From Candidatus Hydrogenedentota bacterium (lineage in GTDB: Bacteria; Hydrogenedentota; Hydrogenedentia; Hydrogenedentales; SLHB01), in assembly GCA_045863295.1 (NCBI GenBank), contig BTWA01000004.1, forward strand, positions 64,001 through 128,000: a stretch of 64,000 nucleotides of DNA, read 5' to 3'. Positions 20,179-29,181 of this stretch are shown here, piece after piece. The notes beneath the pieces are model-generated. The model was not told the DNA's origin, did no database searches, and saw only the letters and a list, made by a program, of their open reading frames with translations. The first letter of the stretch is position 1. The number at the start of each line of letters is the position of its first letter. The translations under genes were made by a program, and so were the position numbers.

Positions 20179-20841
20179 ATGGATCCAAATCGTATCAGCA
20201 CACGGGATATTGCGGAAAAACACCTGGCCGAAGGCGATCCCGTTGGATGGTTTGAAGAAGTATATGCGACTGCCAAAGGCGACGCATCCACAATTCCTTG
20301 GGCGGATCGGGGCGCCAATCCCAGCATGGTCGAGTGGCTCGCACGGGAATCGTTTCAAGGGGAAGACAAGACCGCGCTGGTCGTGGGATGCGGCCTCGGC
20401 GACGATGCGGAGGAACTGGCGCGCGCCGGATTTCAGGTTACCGCATTCGATGTGTCCTCCACGGCGGTCGCCTGGTGCAAGCAGCGCTTCGCGGAATCCC
20501 GCGTCGATTATTTGACTGCAGACTTGTTCCAACTGCCGGAAGCCTGGCAACAGCGATACCACTTCATATTCGAAGCCAATACGCTTCAGTCGCTGCCGTT
20601 GGCGATCCGTTCCGATGCCATGCGTCGCATCGCAAACTGCCTCGCAGGAAACGGAACCCTCCTCGTCGTCTGCAGAGGCCGCGGCGCCAGCGATCCCGAT
20701 GTCGGCCCACCCTGGCCACTGCTGCGGCCCGAGCTCGACGAATTCACAAAACACGGGCTGTGCGAACTGAGCAGCGAAGACTACATGGACGACGAAGTTC
20801 CTCCCATCCGCCGCTTCCGAGTGGCGTACACCCGAAAGTAG
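20179..20841 (+). CDS. Class I SAM-dependent methyltransferase (TPMT-like)
   Basis: ALVVGCGLGDDA motif I, VTAFDVS, ADLF, GPPWPL; start may be GTG 20167. Confidence 0.88.
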   Translation: MDPNRISTRDIAEKHLAEGDPVGWFEEVYATAKGDASTIPWADRGANPSMVEWLARESFQGEDKTALVVGCGLGDDAEELARAGFQVTAFDVSSTAVAWCKQRFAESRVDYLTADLFQLPEAWQQRYHFIFEANTLQSLPLAIRSDAMRRIANCLAGNGTLLVVCRGRGASDPDVGPPWPLLRPELDEFTKHGLCELSSEDYMDDEVPPIRRFRVAYTRK

Positions 20842-20954
20842 AAGCCGCATCCTACCGCTTACAGGCTATCTTCTGCTCACGCTTCTTTGCGTTCCCCCCA
20901 AGTTAGAGCACGTCGCCTCCGCAGAAACTTGCCCCGAGGCCGCGCCTGATAAAA

Positions 20955-20999
20955 TACCTTGCAATACATTGTAGTGTGTGATACACTGTATTCAAGGTG
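20955..20999 (+). promoter_or_regulatory. PadR promoter with two inverted operator-like boxes
   Basis: TTGCAA (20959-64), 17 nt, TACACT (20982-87) with TG extension; TACCTTGCAATACATTGTA and TACACTGTATTCAAGGTG are near reverse complements. Confidence 0.6.
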
Positions 21000-21005
21000 A
21001 ACCGC

Positions 21006-21365
21006 ATGAACATCGAATCGGACATCGACAACTGGACCACGCAACTCCGAAAAGGACTGCTGGAGCTCTGCATCATGAACATCCTCGCCACCGGCGAGGT
21101 CTACGGGTACGACCTCGTCAAACAGCTGTCCGAAGTCGAGGGGTTAGTCGTCACCGAAGGCACGATTTATCCGCTTTTATCGCGCTTGAGAAGAACGGGG
21201 CTGGTCAAGACCCAGTTGGTCGAATCGGCCAACGGACCGGCCCGAAAATATTATGCAATCACTCCCGCCGGCAGGCGGATGCAACGAACCATGAACCAGT
21301 ATTGGGGCCAGTTGGTACGCGGTGTGAACCGCATTCAAAGGGAAAGCGAGGCCGGTCATGCGTGA
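21006..21365 (+). CDS. PadR-family transcriptional regulator
   Basis: TQLRKGLLELCI, YGYDL, EGTIYPLLSRL, GPARKYYAIT..G; start could be GTG 20997. Confidence 0.93.
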   Translation: MNIESDIDNWTTQLRKGLLELCIMNILATGEVYGYDLVKQLSEVEGLVVTEGTIYPLLSRLRRTGLVKTQLVESANGPARKYYAITPAGRRMQRTMNQYWGQLVRGVNRIQRESEAGHA

Positions 21366-22224
21366 ATGGAATCCCGACGCGCGGGAATATTTCGAAGGCT
21401 ACTTGCGACAGGTCAGCGCCATGGCAACACACAAAGGCGAGGATGGCGACGACATCGAGTCCAGTCTCCGCGATCACCTCGACCGCAAACTCGACGAGAT
21501 CGGCGCGGTCGTGGTCAGTATGGACGACCTCCGCGAAGCCCTTCAGTCGGTCGGCTCACCCGACGATATTCTCGAAGCGGGCACGCCCGCTGCCACCCCG
21601 CAGCGCCGCGAATCCGCGCCGCATCTTCAAAAACCCACCCATACGCACGCCGAAGTGGCAGCACCGGCTGGATTGGGTGCGCGCCCGTGGATGTTCGTCA
21701 TGGTTGTTGCCGTGTTTGGACTTTCCATCCTCGGATTTGCCTTCGGCTTGGTATCCGGTGTCCGGTCACCCATTGGGATGATCGCGGCAACAATCAACAA
21801 CCTGCTGGGGTCGCTGCTGGCCGCCGTCCTTCTGGCGATACTGGCGGGCGCTACCCGGCGATGGGTCTCGCCGTGGGTGTTTTGGTCAATCGTCCTGGCC
21901 GCCGCATCCAGACTATTCGGCCTACTCAACACGTTGGTCATGCAACGCCTGCTGCCTCCCGAATCGCTGTCCGGTTATTTCGGCCTGACCTCCAGCCTCT
22001 TGGGCGCCATCAACCTGCTGTTCTTAGTGGCTCTGCTCGAAATGGCGCGCCAACTGCTCACCGCATCGCCTGCAGGCGCCCGGTTCGCATTCTCCCCTGC
22101 AAGCCAAGGCTCGGGAAACCTCAAGTACGTGCTCTTGTTCCTCGGCCTGTTGCTACTAATTCCGGTTTTCCTAATCGTGATGTTCTTAATGAGTTTCGTG
22201 GCGTATCAACGGGTCGGTGGTTGA
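21358..22224 (+). CDS. Membrane protein with N-terminal HAAS/DUF1700-like domain (PadR partner)
   Basis: YLRQV...DIESSLRDHL...ALQSVGSPDDI helical domain followed by about five TM segments; overlaps PadR stop. Confidence 0.75.
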   Translation: MREWNPDAREYFEGYLRQVSAMATHKGEDGDDIESSLRDHLDRKLDEIGAVVVSMDDLREALQSVGSPDDILEAGTPAATPQRRESAPHLQKPTHTHAEVAAPAGLGARPWMFVMVVAVFGLSILGFAFGLVSGVRSPIGMIAATINNLLGSLLAAVLLAILAGATRRWVSPWVFWSIVLAAASRLFGLLNTLVMQRLLPPESLSGYFGLTSSLLGAINLLFLVALLEMARQLLTASPAGARFAFSPASQGSGNLKYVLLFLGLLLLIPVFLIVMFLMSFVAYQRVGG

Positions 22225-22249
22225 CGCCTCGGCACCCCTCGGCTATAGT
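22221..22249 (+). promoter_or_regulatory. Sigma70 promoter positioned for a leaderless transcript
   Basis: TTGACG, 17 nt, TATAGT, then 6 nt to ATG 22256; no SD sequence. Confidence 0.65.
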
Positions 22250-22255
22250 GCCGCC

Positions 22256-23572
22256 ATGAATACCACCAACCCCTTTTCAAGACGCACGTTTTTGGCGGCA
22301 TCGGCGGGTGCGATGGCGGCAAGCTCGATTACCTCAACCAGCGGCGCCCAGGAAACACCCAAGCTGGCCGTGGACGGCGGCGCGAAGGCAATCACCGGTG
22401 CCGTTCCGAAATCGCCACGCTTCGGCGATCCCGAGCGCGAACGTCTCTCCGAGATGCTGGGTCAGGATGCCTTGTTCTATTGGAAAGGACCGCAAACCAC
22501 CCTGATGATGGACCGGTTCAGAGAGTTTTGTCCTCTCGAACACGTAATGACTTGCGGATCGGGCACTGCCGCATTGCATATCGCCGTCGGCGCCGCCGGA
22601 ATCGTCCCCGGCGATGAAGTCATTACAGCTCCCATCACAGACATTGGCACAGTCATCGGCGTCATCTACCAAATGGCGGTTCCCGTATTCGCGGACCTCG
22701 TGCCCGATACGTACAACCTCGATCCCGCCGACGTGGAACGCCGCATCACCCCAAAAACAAAAGCCATCATTGCGGTTCATCTCGCAGGCAACCCTTGCGA
22801 CATGGAAGCCCTGCGTGCCATCGCCGACAAGCACAACCTCGTGCTCATTGAAGACTGTGCCCAAGCCTGGGCCGCGAAATACCGGGGCAAACCCATCGGC
22901 ACCCTCGGAGACATCGCCTGCTTCTCGCTCCAGAATTCGAAGCACATCACCTGCGGCGACGGTGGCGTGGCCGCCTCCAGCCATCCGGTCTATGGACCCA
23001 AGTTGCAGCAATACGGCGACAAGGGATTCAACTGCACCACGAGCAAGTTCGAATCGTTCTCCACGAATTATCGCATGAGCGAGCCCCAGGCCGCCGTCGT
23101 CGCCGGGCAACTCACGCGCCTCGAGGACATCGTGGCACGGCGTTCCCATGCGGGCAATCGGCTTACCGAGGGCATTAAGGATATCCCCGGCATCACCCCG
23201 CACGGCGTCCACCCCGAAGACCGGTGCTCCTACTGGTTCTACATGTTCCGGATGAACCCGGCAGCCTTCACATGCGACCGTGCCCAATTCGTAAAGGCCT
23301 TATCCGCCGAAGGACTCCCTTGCGCGGCCGGATACATCCCCACCACGATGCACAAAAGCCCGGTCTTCCTTGAGCACGGATTCTTCAACGGCCACTGGCC
23401 CGCCAAGGAACTCGGCCTGACAACCATGGATTTCAACACCCATGAGACCCCCGAAGCCGAGGCTATCCTCAAAACCGGCATCCGAGTCATGGTAACCGAA
23501 GCCATGAACGACGCTTACATCGACCAGTGCACGGACGCCATCCGCAAAGTGGCGACCCACTACAAGGCCTGA
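22256..23572 (+). CDS. DegT/DnrJ/EryC1/StrS PLP aminotransferase with Tat signal
   Basis: SRRTFL twin-arginine signal; SGTAALHIA, PGDEVI, IEDCAQA, FSLQNSKHITCGDGG (PLP Lys), NYRMSE. Confidence 0.92.
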   Translation: MNTTNPFSRRTFLAASAGAMAASSITSTSGAQETPKLAVDGGAKAITGAVPKSPRFGDPERERLSEMLGQDALFYWKGPQTTLMMDRFREFCPLEHVMTCGSGTAALHIAVGAAGIVPGDEVITAPITDIGTVIGVIYQMAVPVFADLVPDTYNLDPADVERRITPKTKAIIAVHLAGNPCDMEALRAIADKHNLVLIEDCAQAWAAKYRGKPIGTLGDIACFSLQNSKHITCGDGGVAASSHPVYGPKLQQYGDKGFNCTTSKFESFSTNYRMSEPQAAVVAGQLTRLEDIVARRSHAGNRLTEGIKDIPGITPHGVHPEDRCSYWFYMFRMNPAAFTCDRAQFVKALSAEGLPCAAGYIPTTMHKSPVFLEHGFFNGHWPAKELGLTTMDFNTHETPEAEAILKTGIRVMVTEAMNDAYIDQCTDAIRKVATHYKA

Positions 23573-23576
23573 TTAT

Positions 23577-23642
23577 TTCTCACGCAAAGCCGCGAAGACC
23601 CAAAGAAATCCCACTTGGCGTCTTAGCGGCTTTGCGTGAGAA
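23577..23642. repeat. Long imperfect palindrome (REP-like, possibly also a terminator)
   Basis: TTCTCACGCAAAGCCGC..AAGAC / GTCTT.GCGGCTTTGCGTGAGAA; 17-bp perfect outer stem followed by CTCTTTTT. Confidence 0.75.
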
Positions 23643-23792
23643 CTCTTTTTGTAACCGGCACAATCAACAAATTAATCATACGATTGACATTCGTACTACA
23701 TTGGCAATTCACGATGTTTTCGGATTATAAGTCATTTGATTAATTATTTGCAAACACTCCTCAACTCATCTTCGACCAATAAAATGCATCAA

Positions 23793-23821
23793 TTGCTTTT
23801 AATCAATTGATTTATTATTCT
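23793..23821 (+). promoter_or_regulatory. TetR promoter with palindromic operator in the spacer; leaderless geometry
   Basis: TTGCTT (23793-98), 17 nt, TATTCT (23816-21), 6 nt to ATG 23828; perfect palindrome AATCAATTGATT at 23801-23812. Confidence 0.6.
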
Positions 23822-23827
23822 ATCCCC

Positions 23828-24457
23828 ATGGACAAGACACGCGCGAATCTCCTCAACGCCGCTGAAGCCCTCTTTGCCAACCAAGGCTTCGACGGCACCT
23901 CCACCCGCGAAATCGCCGAACGATCTGGAGCCAACCTGGCCCTGATCAAGTACTACTTCGGCTCGAAGGAAGGGCTTCTGGAAGCGCTGCTGGATGAGCG
24001 AAGCGCGGGACTGGCTGAGGAACTGGAAGCTGTGCCAGCGAGAATCCGGGCGGTGTATTCGCATGGTCCAGGACCACACCCCGTCATCAAGGTGTATGCA
24101 GACTGGATGTTCGCGCGTCGGGCGTTTGCAATGGTGGTGTATCGCGAGACATGCCTTCCGCTTCGCCCGGCACTCGCAGCCAAAGCCGCACATATCCGGG
24201 ATTTGCCCAAGTTCAGTCTCAGAGATCCGGGGCTATGGTCTGTGGTAATGGGTATGATGATGGCCGGACTCTTAGGTGGCGAGCCCATGACGAGCGACGA
24301 CATTGTGTACGCGATTATTCGCTGGGAAAAGGCTGGATACTGGGTGGAAGAAACCAGTGGACAACCGGAAACGCGTGCGATTAAAGCGGCTGTGACAGAA
24401 CATGACTCGGCCATGGTTCACCCGAGTGTGGACTTCGGCATAGGCGTGATCGACTGA
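23828..24457 (+). CDS. TetR/AcrR-family transcriptional regulator
   Basis: LLNAAEALFANQGFDGTSTREIAERSGANLALIKYYFGSKEGLL. Confidence 0.93.
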   Translation: MDKTRANLLNAAEALFANQGFDGTSTREIAERSGANLALIKYYFGSKEGLLEALLDERSAGLAEELEAVPARIRAVYSHGPGPHPVIKVYADWMFARRAFAMVVYRETCLPLRPALAAKAAHIRDLPKFSLRDPGLWSVVMGMMMAGLLGGEPMTSDDIVYAIIRWEKAGYWVEETSGQPETRAIKAAVTEHDSAMVHPSVDFGIGVID

Positions 24458-24471
24458 ATAGGAGATTCACG

Positions 24472-24810
24472 ATGTTGCGTGAACTCGCTATCAACAACGA
24501 GAAGCATTACTCGATCGATGCGTCGCGGCACGAAGGCGTCACAGGGCTCGCGCATGCAATGGGCTCCGCCGAATCATGCGAAGGCGAAACTCCAACCATG
24601 TCTGTACAAGCAACCGCCATGCGGGGACTGCGTCTCGGCTTGTGGTCGTCGTGGTTTGGAAGGGCAAAGGCTACCCGCAGCTACTGGCCCGAACTTCCGT
24701 TGAAGCCCGGCGATGTATTGACATTGCGCGTGCTGACGGAAGGTGTCGGCGATCGGCCTGACCGCGAAACGGATAGCCGGGAACGTGTATGTTTGGCTGA
24801 TGTGGAGTGA
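24472..24810 (+). CDS. Hypothetical protein
   Basis: AGGAGA RBS, 14 nt after TetR stop; 112 aa; no motif recognised. Confidence 0.55.
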   Translation: MLRELAINNEKHYSIDASRHEGVTGLAHAMGSAESCEGETPTMSVQATAMRGLRLGLWSSWFGRAKATRSYWPELPLKPGDVLTLRVLTEGVGDRPDRETDSRERVCLADVE

Positions 24811-24995
24811 GTTCCTTGGATTGCGGCGGCCGCGACACCGCTTTAGTAAGGCGCGCCGAATAGCCCACCTCAATACCGAATGCATTCCGTTGTACACCAC
24901 TCACGCAAATCCGAGGCAAGAACTCTAGACATCACCTTGCACGCTAAACATACTGAAGCGGCGTCGCGGCCGCCGCAATCCAAGGAACTCACTCC
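24804..24995. mobile_element. MITE/REPIN-like element with 45-bp terminal inverted repeats
   Basis: 24804-24848 GGAGTGAGTTCCTTGGATTGCGGCGGCCGCGACACCGCTTTAGTA matches the reverse complement of 24951-24995 with 2 mismatches; 102-nt non-coding interior. Confidence 0.65.
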
Positions 24996-26827
24996 CTCAC
25001 CGGTAACAACAGCGCGCTCGGACGCGCGGCATCCATGTGAATGGTGTTGTTCGCCACGCGCATTTCCACGCCCTCGCCGGAAAAGTCCGCGCCGGTGTTT
25101 ACGTTCTTGTCAAACCGGGGATAGTTGCTGCTGCTGATGTGCACCATCAATTTGTGCCCCGTGTTCACGATCAGGCTGATGGACCACAGATCGATTTCCA
25201 CCACGCCAATTTCGCCGGCGGGCAGCGGTTCCGGCGTCTTGAAACCGTTCCGAAACTTCAATCGTTGAATGTTGTCGAGCATCAGGATTTCCCGGCCATC
25301 GGGATAGACATCGATGAACTTCGCCGTGAAATCCGTGTCCGGCGCATCAGTGGACACGTGCAGCCGCACTTTTACTTTGCCGGTAATCTCCATGGGCTTG
25401 TCCAACGGCGCGCTTTCGAACACGAGCACGTCCGCGCGATCGCCAAGCGGACGCTGATCGAACGGCCCGGCGGGCAACAACAGATTCTGGCCGCCTTTGG
25501 TGGGCACGGGATCGTTGGGATCGTACGCATACGTCATCGAAGCGGGGCCGGGGCCCGGCGGGTCAAGCGTTAGGGCACGATCGGCGCGCAGATACCATGC
25601 CTTTTCCACCGTCGGAAACGGCGGCCAGTCCGTCGCGGTGCGCCATTCGTTGCCGGGCGCATCGGGCGCTTCTACGTCGCCGAGGGTGTAATACCGGATC
25701 GCCGGTTCGGCCATGATGCCGTTGCCGGTCCCCAGCAGCCAATGCTCAAGAAAGTGGATGCTTTCCTTGCCAAAGTCGTAGTTGAAATTCTCTTTGAGCT
25801 TGAGGTCGCCCGGGTCTTTCACCGGCCCGTGTAGCCAGGGTCCCATGATTAGTTTTTGGTTGCCGCGCGCGCCTTCGCCGCCTTTGTGTTGCCGCAGCAA
25901 AAACGAATCCAGAATGCCTTGCGCGAAAATATCCCACCAGCCGCCGACATGCAAGGCCGGTGCGGTCACGCGATCCACGCGAGCGTCCAAATCCTTGAGC
26001 GCCCAGAAGTCATCGTCGGTCGGATGGCTCTTATACAGTTCGATCATGTGTTCGCTGCCCTGCGCCTTGACCCATTCCTCGAACAAGTGCTTGCGAAATA
26101 CGCCGCCCTGGTACGACAACTGGCCGTAAAACTTGCCCGGCGCAACCCAGATCACCTGCGCGGCGATGGTGTTGTCCGCGCCCGCCAGCAAGTGTTGCGA
26201 AATACCCAGCGCGGACGCGCCAAACGTGCCAATCTTTCCGTTGCACCAAGGCTGTTCACGAATCCATTTCACCGTGTCCACGCCGTCCTGGTTCGTGCCC
26301 CAGCCTTCGTCTTCGAAGGCATTGTCTTCGCCTTCGCTGAGGTGGTAGCCGCGCAATTCCTGCACGACATGGGCCATGCCCTTTTTCGTGAACAACGGCG
26401 CAAACCCGCCCGCCGCATTCTTGTCGTAGATGGATCGGGACAAAACAACGGGAAACGGCCCCGGACCTTCGGGCAAGTAAATATCCGTCGACAAATGCAC
26501 GCCGTCCCGCATGGGCACCATAACCCGCGTCGCGCCAACAGGCACCGGTTTCTCTTCCGGCACGGGCTCGGGCGCAGGCGGCTCTGCGGGCGCTGGCTCG
26601 GGTGCCGGGGCATCCGGCGCAGGTGCGGATTCCGGTGCAGGAGCCGGCGCAGTTTCCGGTGCGGGCGCAGGAGCGGTTTCGGGTGCAGGCGCCGCTTCCG
26701 GCGCGGGCGCCGCCTCGGGGGCCGCCGCGGGCGCATCCTGAGCCATCACCCACGAACCAGTCAGACAACAAGCGGCCGCGACACTCACAATCGTCAGCCG
26801 CCACACAAGAGATCCCCGAAGGGTCAT
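24989..26827 (-). CDS. CocE/NonD-family serine hydrolase, exported
   Basis: MRDGVHLSTDIYLP, GTFGASALG nucleophile elbow, GGWWDIF, MGPWLH, ISSSNYPRF; signal peptide plus Pro/Ala linker. Confidence 0.92.
   Translation of the reverse strand: MTLRGSLVWRLTIVSVAAACCLTGSWVMAQDAPAAAPEAAPAPEAAPAPETAPAPAPETAPAPAPESAPAPDAPAPEPAPAEPPAPEPVPEEKPVPVGATRVMVPMRDGVHLSTDIYLPEGPGPFPVVLSRSIYDKNAAGGFAPLFTKKGMAHVVQELRGYHLSEGEDNAFEDEGWGTNQDGVDTVKWIREQPWCNGKIGTFGASALGISQHLLAGADNTIAAQVIWVAPGKFYGQLSYQGGVFRKHLFEEWVKAQGSEHMIELYKSHPTDDDFWALKDLDARVDRVTAPALHVGGWWDIFAQGILDSFLLRQHKGGEGARGNQKLIMGPWLHGPVKDPGDLKLKENFNYDFGKESIHFLEHWLLGTGNGIMAEPAIRYYTLGDVEAPDAPGNEWRTATDWPPFPTVEKAWYLRADRALTLDPPGPGPASMTYAYDPNDPVPTKGGQNLLLPAGPFDQRPLGDRADVLVFESAPLDKPMEITGKVKVRLHVSTDAPDTDFTAKFIDVYPDGREILMLDNIQRLKFRNGFKTPEPLPAGEIGVVEIDLWSISLIVNTGHKLMVHISSSNYPRFDKNVNTGADFSGEGVEMRVANNTIHMDAARPSALLLPVRE
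26558..26734 (-). repeat. Coding tandem repeat (AP)nE linker
   Basis: APAAAPEAAPAPEAAPAPETAPAPAPETAPAPAPESAPAPDAPAPEPAPAEPPAPEPVP after the signal peptide. Confidence 0.85.
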
Positions 26828-26833
26828 AACGGT

Positions 26834-27256
26834 TTATTCCTTTGTCCAGTAATCAATAACGGTCACTTTTTCCAACACTGGTCCAAGCATGCCCGCGAAC
26901 GCTTTGTGATCGGGATGCACGAGGTATGCATCGCGGCCGGCAGCATCTTTAAAGGTGATAAAGAAGCAATGCGAATGGCCTTGATCGAGCTTCTCAGGAC
27001 TCACGTTTGTGCCCCATTCAAAATCCTGGATCACGTCGATTTTGTCCTTGAGGCCTTCAAACGCCACCTCCACTTCCTTGATCTGTTCCGCCGTGGCGCC
27101 TGCCTTGAATCCGAAGAACACAACGTGTCGAAGCACTTTTCCAGACTCCTCCTTGGCGTCGCCCTGCGCCGCAACGCGGTTCAGGCCGGCCGTGGTCGCG
27201 GCCGCAACCGCCGCACAAACGACGACGAGCAAGACAGACCGATAAGTACGCAGCAT
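26834..27256 (-). CDS. Dabb-family (stress-responsive A/B barrel) protein, exported
   Basis: LRHVVFFGFK, EWGTNVSPE, HCFFITF, YLVHPDHKAF, VIDY; GGAG RBS. Confidence 0.9.
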   Translation of the reverse strand: MLRTYRSVLLVVVCAAVAAATTAGLNRVAAQGDAKEESGKVLRHVVFFGFKAGATAEQIKEVEVAFEGLKDKIDVIQDFEWGTNVSPEKLDQGHSHCFFITFKDAAGRDAYLVHPDHKAFAGMLGPVLEKVTVIDYWTKE

Positions 27257-27446
27257 GGTGAATTCTCCCCAAGGTTGAACAGCGATAGCGCACAATACTA
27301 AAAAAAATGCGAGGGGCTTGTACAGAAGCCATGGTAAAAGCGGCTCCTTGCCGCTTACTCCGACGCGTGAAGAGTCAAAATCGCCAAGTTCCCCGTTGCA
27401 AAATCGAAGAGCTTCGCCGCAGGCCGCAAGCACCGCACAGGCATGG

Positions 27447-28991
27447 CTACTCCTGCGGCGGTACGAAGCCGGTAACCGAATTCACTTCCACTTCGACCCA
27501 GACCACTTGTGCGCCACTGCCAACGGTCTGCTGTAGGCGAAACGCATTATATCCCTCGTGCACCGCCTCTGAGGGGCACTCAAACGTCCGCACCTGCGTC
27601 GCCCCCGGATAGTGCTCCGGACCGCGCTCCGACACCAAGGGTACGCAAGTCGCGCCGTTCAGGGTGGCCGTGAATACCGCGTCTTCCGGTACTTGGGTCA
27701 GCCCCACCAGAAACACCATGCCCGTATCCGGCTTTGGGCCGGTATACAGCCGAAATGCCGCACCCACCGTTGCATCGGCCGGCAGGACAACACCGTTGTC
27801 GAAGCCCGGTGGCACGGTATCATGAAACGCTTGGACGTGCCGCCTCGGCATCGTGGCAACGTAGTCACGGGCGAGCCCCTTTTCCAATAAGACCCGGTAA
27901 TCGCTCTGGCTGACCGGAATCGTCCCCGAATCCATGAAGTTGAACAGATAAATCTGGTCAGCACCGCGATGCCATGCCGCCGCCGCGAATCCGCGCGTGG
28001 ACGCCAGATCATTGGCCACCGCCTCGCCTCCGGGATACGCGCGGATATTGAACTCAAGCCCCGGAGCGATAGTCACTTTGCCTGCCGTATCACCCAGCCA
28101 ATCGCGCCAGAGTTCCACCGGAATGTCAAAATCGGATGTCGTCCAGAACGGGGTGGGCACCAGCATGTCCACCAATCCTTCTTTCGCCCAGCGCACCCCA
28201 TCCATGCCCAGGCCCTTGGCTGCGTCCGGGTGAAACGGAACGCGCGCGCCGATCTTGATGGGGTGCCCGCGCTTGGCCGACCATTCCGTTGCCAGATCGC
28301 GCGTCTCGGACATGAACTGCGTGAGCAATTCCGCCCCCTGGGCCTCTTCCCCGTCTTTGAAATGCCAGCCAAACCGCATCCAATCCAGCTCAAAACCGTC
28401 GGGATCGTACCGCTCGAACAGCTCTCGCAGAAAAGCCATCGCATGTTCGCGCACTTCCGCGTGTCCAAAATCCAGCGCCCGCGAGGTCCAGCCGCCTTGC
28501 GTCTCGTTGGGCACGCGCCAAAATTCGGGATGGTTCAGCCAAAACGAGCTATGGAGATAACTGGTGTTATCGGGCACGTCGTGAATATCGTTCATCCGCA
28601 TCGATATCCACGGCGAAATGCCCTTCTCCCGGCAACGCGCAATCCAGACGGCATAGGGATCCAGTCCGCGTTCGTGCAAGAGCCGAGCGTTGTCGATCCA
28701 TGTCTTGCCCACGCCCTCGGGCATCTTCTGGTTTCCCAACTCCCAGATTGCCTCGCGCGTCGTGCTCTTGAAACTCGCCTTCATGGCATTGGGATTCAGA
28801 AACAGGTGAGTCACCGTTGTGCCCGCGTATTGATCGACAAATTGGTTCAGACCCTCGACGGTCATGTCCTTGGCGGTCCGGGTCATGTAAAAATGGCTGC
28901 TGTCTTCGTTGAGGATGAGTCCGCGCTCGGCAGCCGCCGACGTTATCGAAAAAAGGAATGCTCCAAAAGTAAAACAAAATCTCAATCGCAT
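27447..28991 (-). CDS. Exported glycoside-hydrolase-like TIM-barrel protein (GHL10/DUF187-like)
   Basis: Signal peptide; LILNEDS, WISMRMND.H, LDFGHAEVR, YDPDGFELDWMR, IYLFNF. Confidence 0.7.
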   Translation of the reverse strand: MRLRFCFTFGAFLFSITSAAAERGLILNEDSSHFYMTRTAKDMTVEGLNQFVDQYAGTTVTHLFLNPNAMKASFKSTTREAIWELGNQKMPEGVGKTWIDNARLLHERGLDPYAVWIARCREKGISPWISMRMNDIHDVPDNTSYLHSSFWLNHPEFWRVPNETQGGWTSRALDFGHAEVREHAMAFLRELFERYDPDGFELDWMRFGWHFKDGEEAQGAELLTQFMSETRDLATEWSAKRGHPIKIGARVPFHPDAAKGLGMDGVRWAKEGLVDMLVPTPFWTTSDFDIPVELWRDWLGDTAGKVTIAPGLEFNIRAYPGGEAVANDLASTRGFAAAAWHRGADQIYLFNFMDSGTIPVSQSDYRVLLEKGLARDYVATMPRRHVQAFHDTVPPGFDNGVVLPADATVGAAFRLYTGPKPDTGMVFLVGLTQVPEDAVFTATLNGATCVPLVSERGPEHYPGATQVRTFECPSEAVHEGYNAFRLQQTVGSGAQVVWVEVEVNSVTGFVPPQE

Positions 28992-29181
28992 ATCGGGCTC
29001 CTATGCACGTTGGCTTCAAGTATACGTTGTCCCTGTTCAATTACACCTATGGAAACGAGCCCTACCTCCCCGCCTCACGCTTTTCATTGATTTTTCGACA
29101 CTTTAACAGGTATCGTCTGGGTCTTTTCTGTTGGCAAACCATGTTCCGGTCTTGGGGAGCGGAACAAGGAAGGGTTTTCGG

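Noticed and set aside
26558..26734. CRISPR-like repeat array
   Set aside because: Repeats are in-frame, degenerate and lack unique spacers; they encode a Pro/Ala linker. No cas genes in the window.
25856..27301. 481-aa plus-strand ORF
   Set aside because: Antisense to well-supported CocE and Dabb genes; expected in GC-rich DNA.
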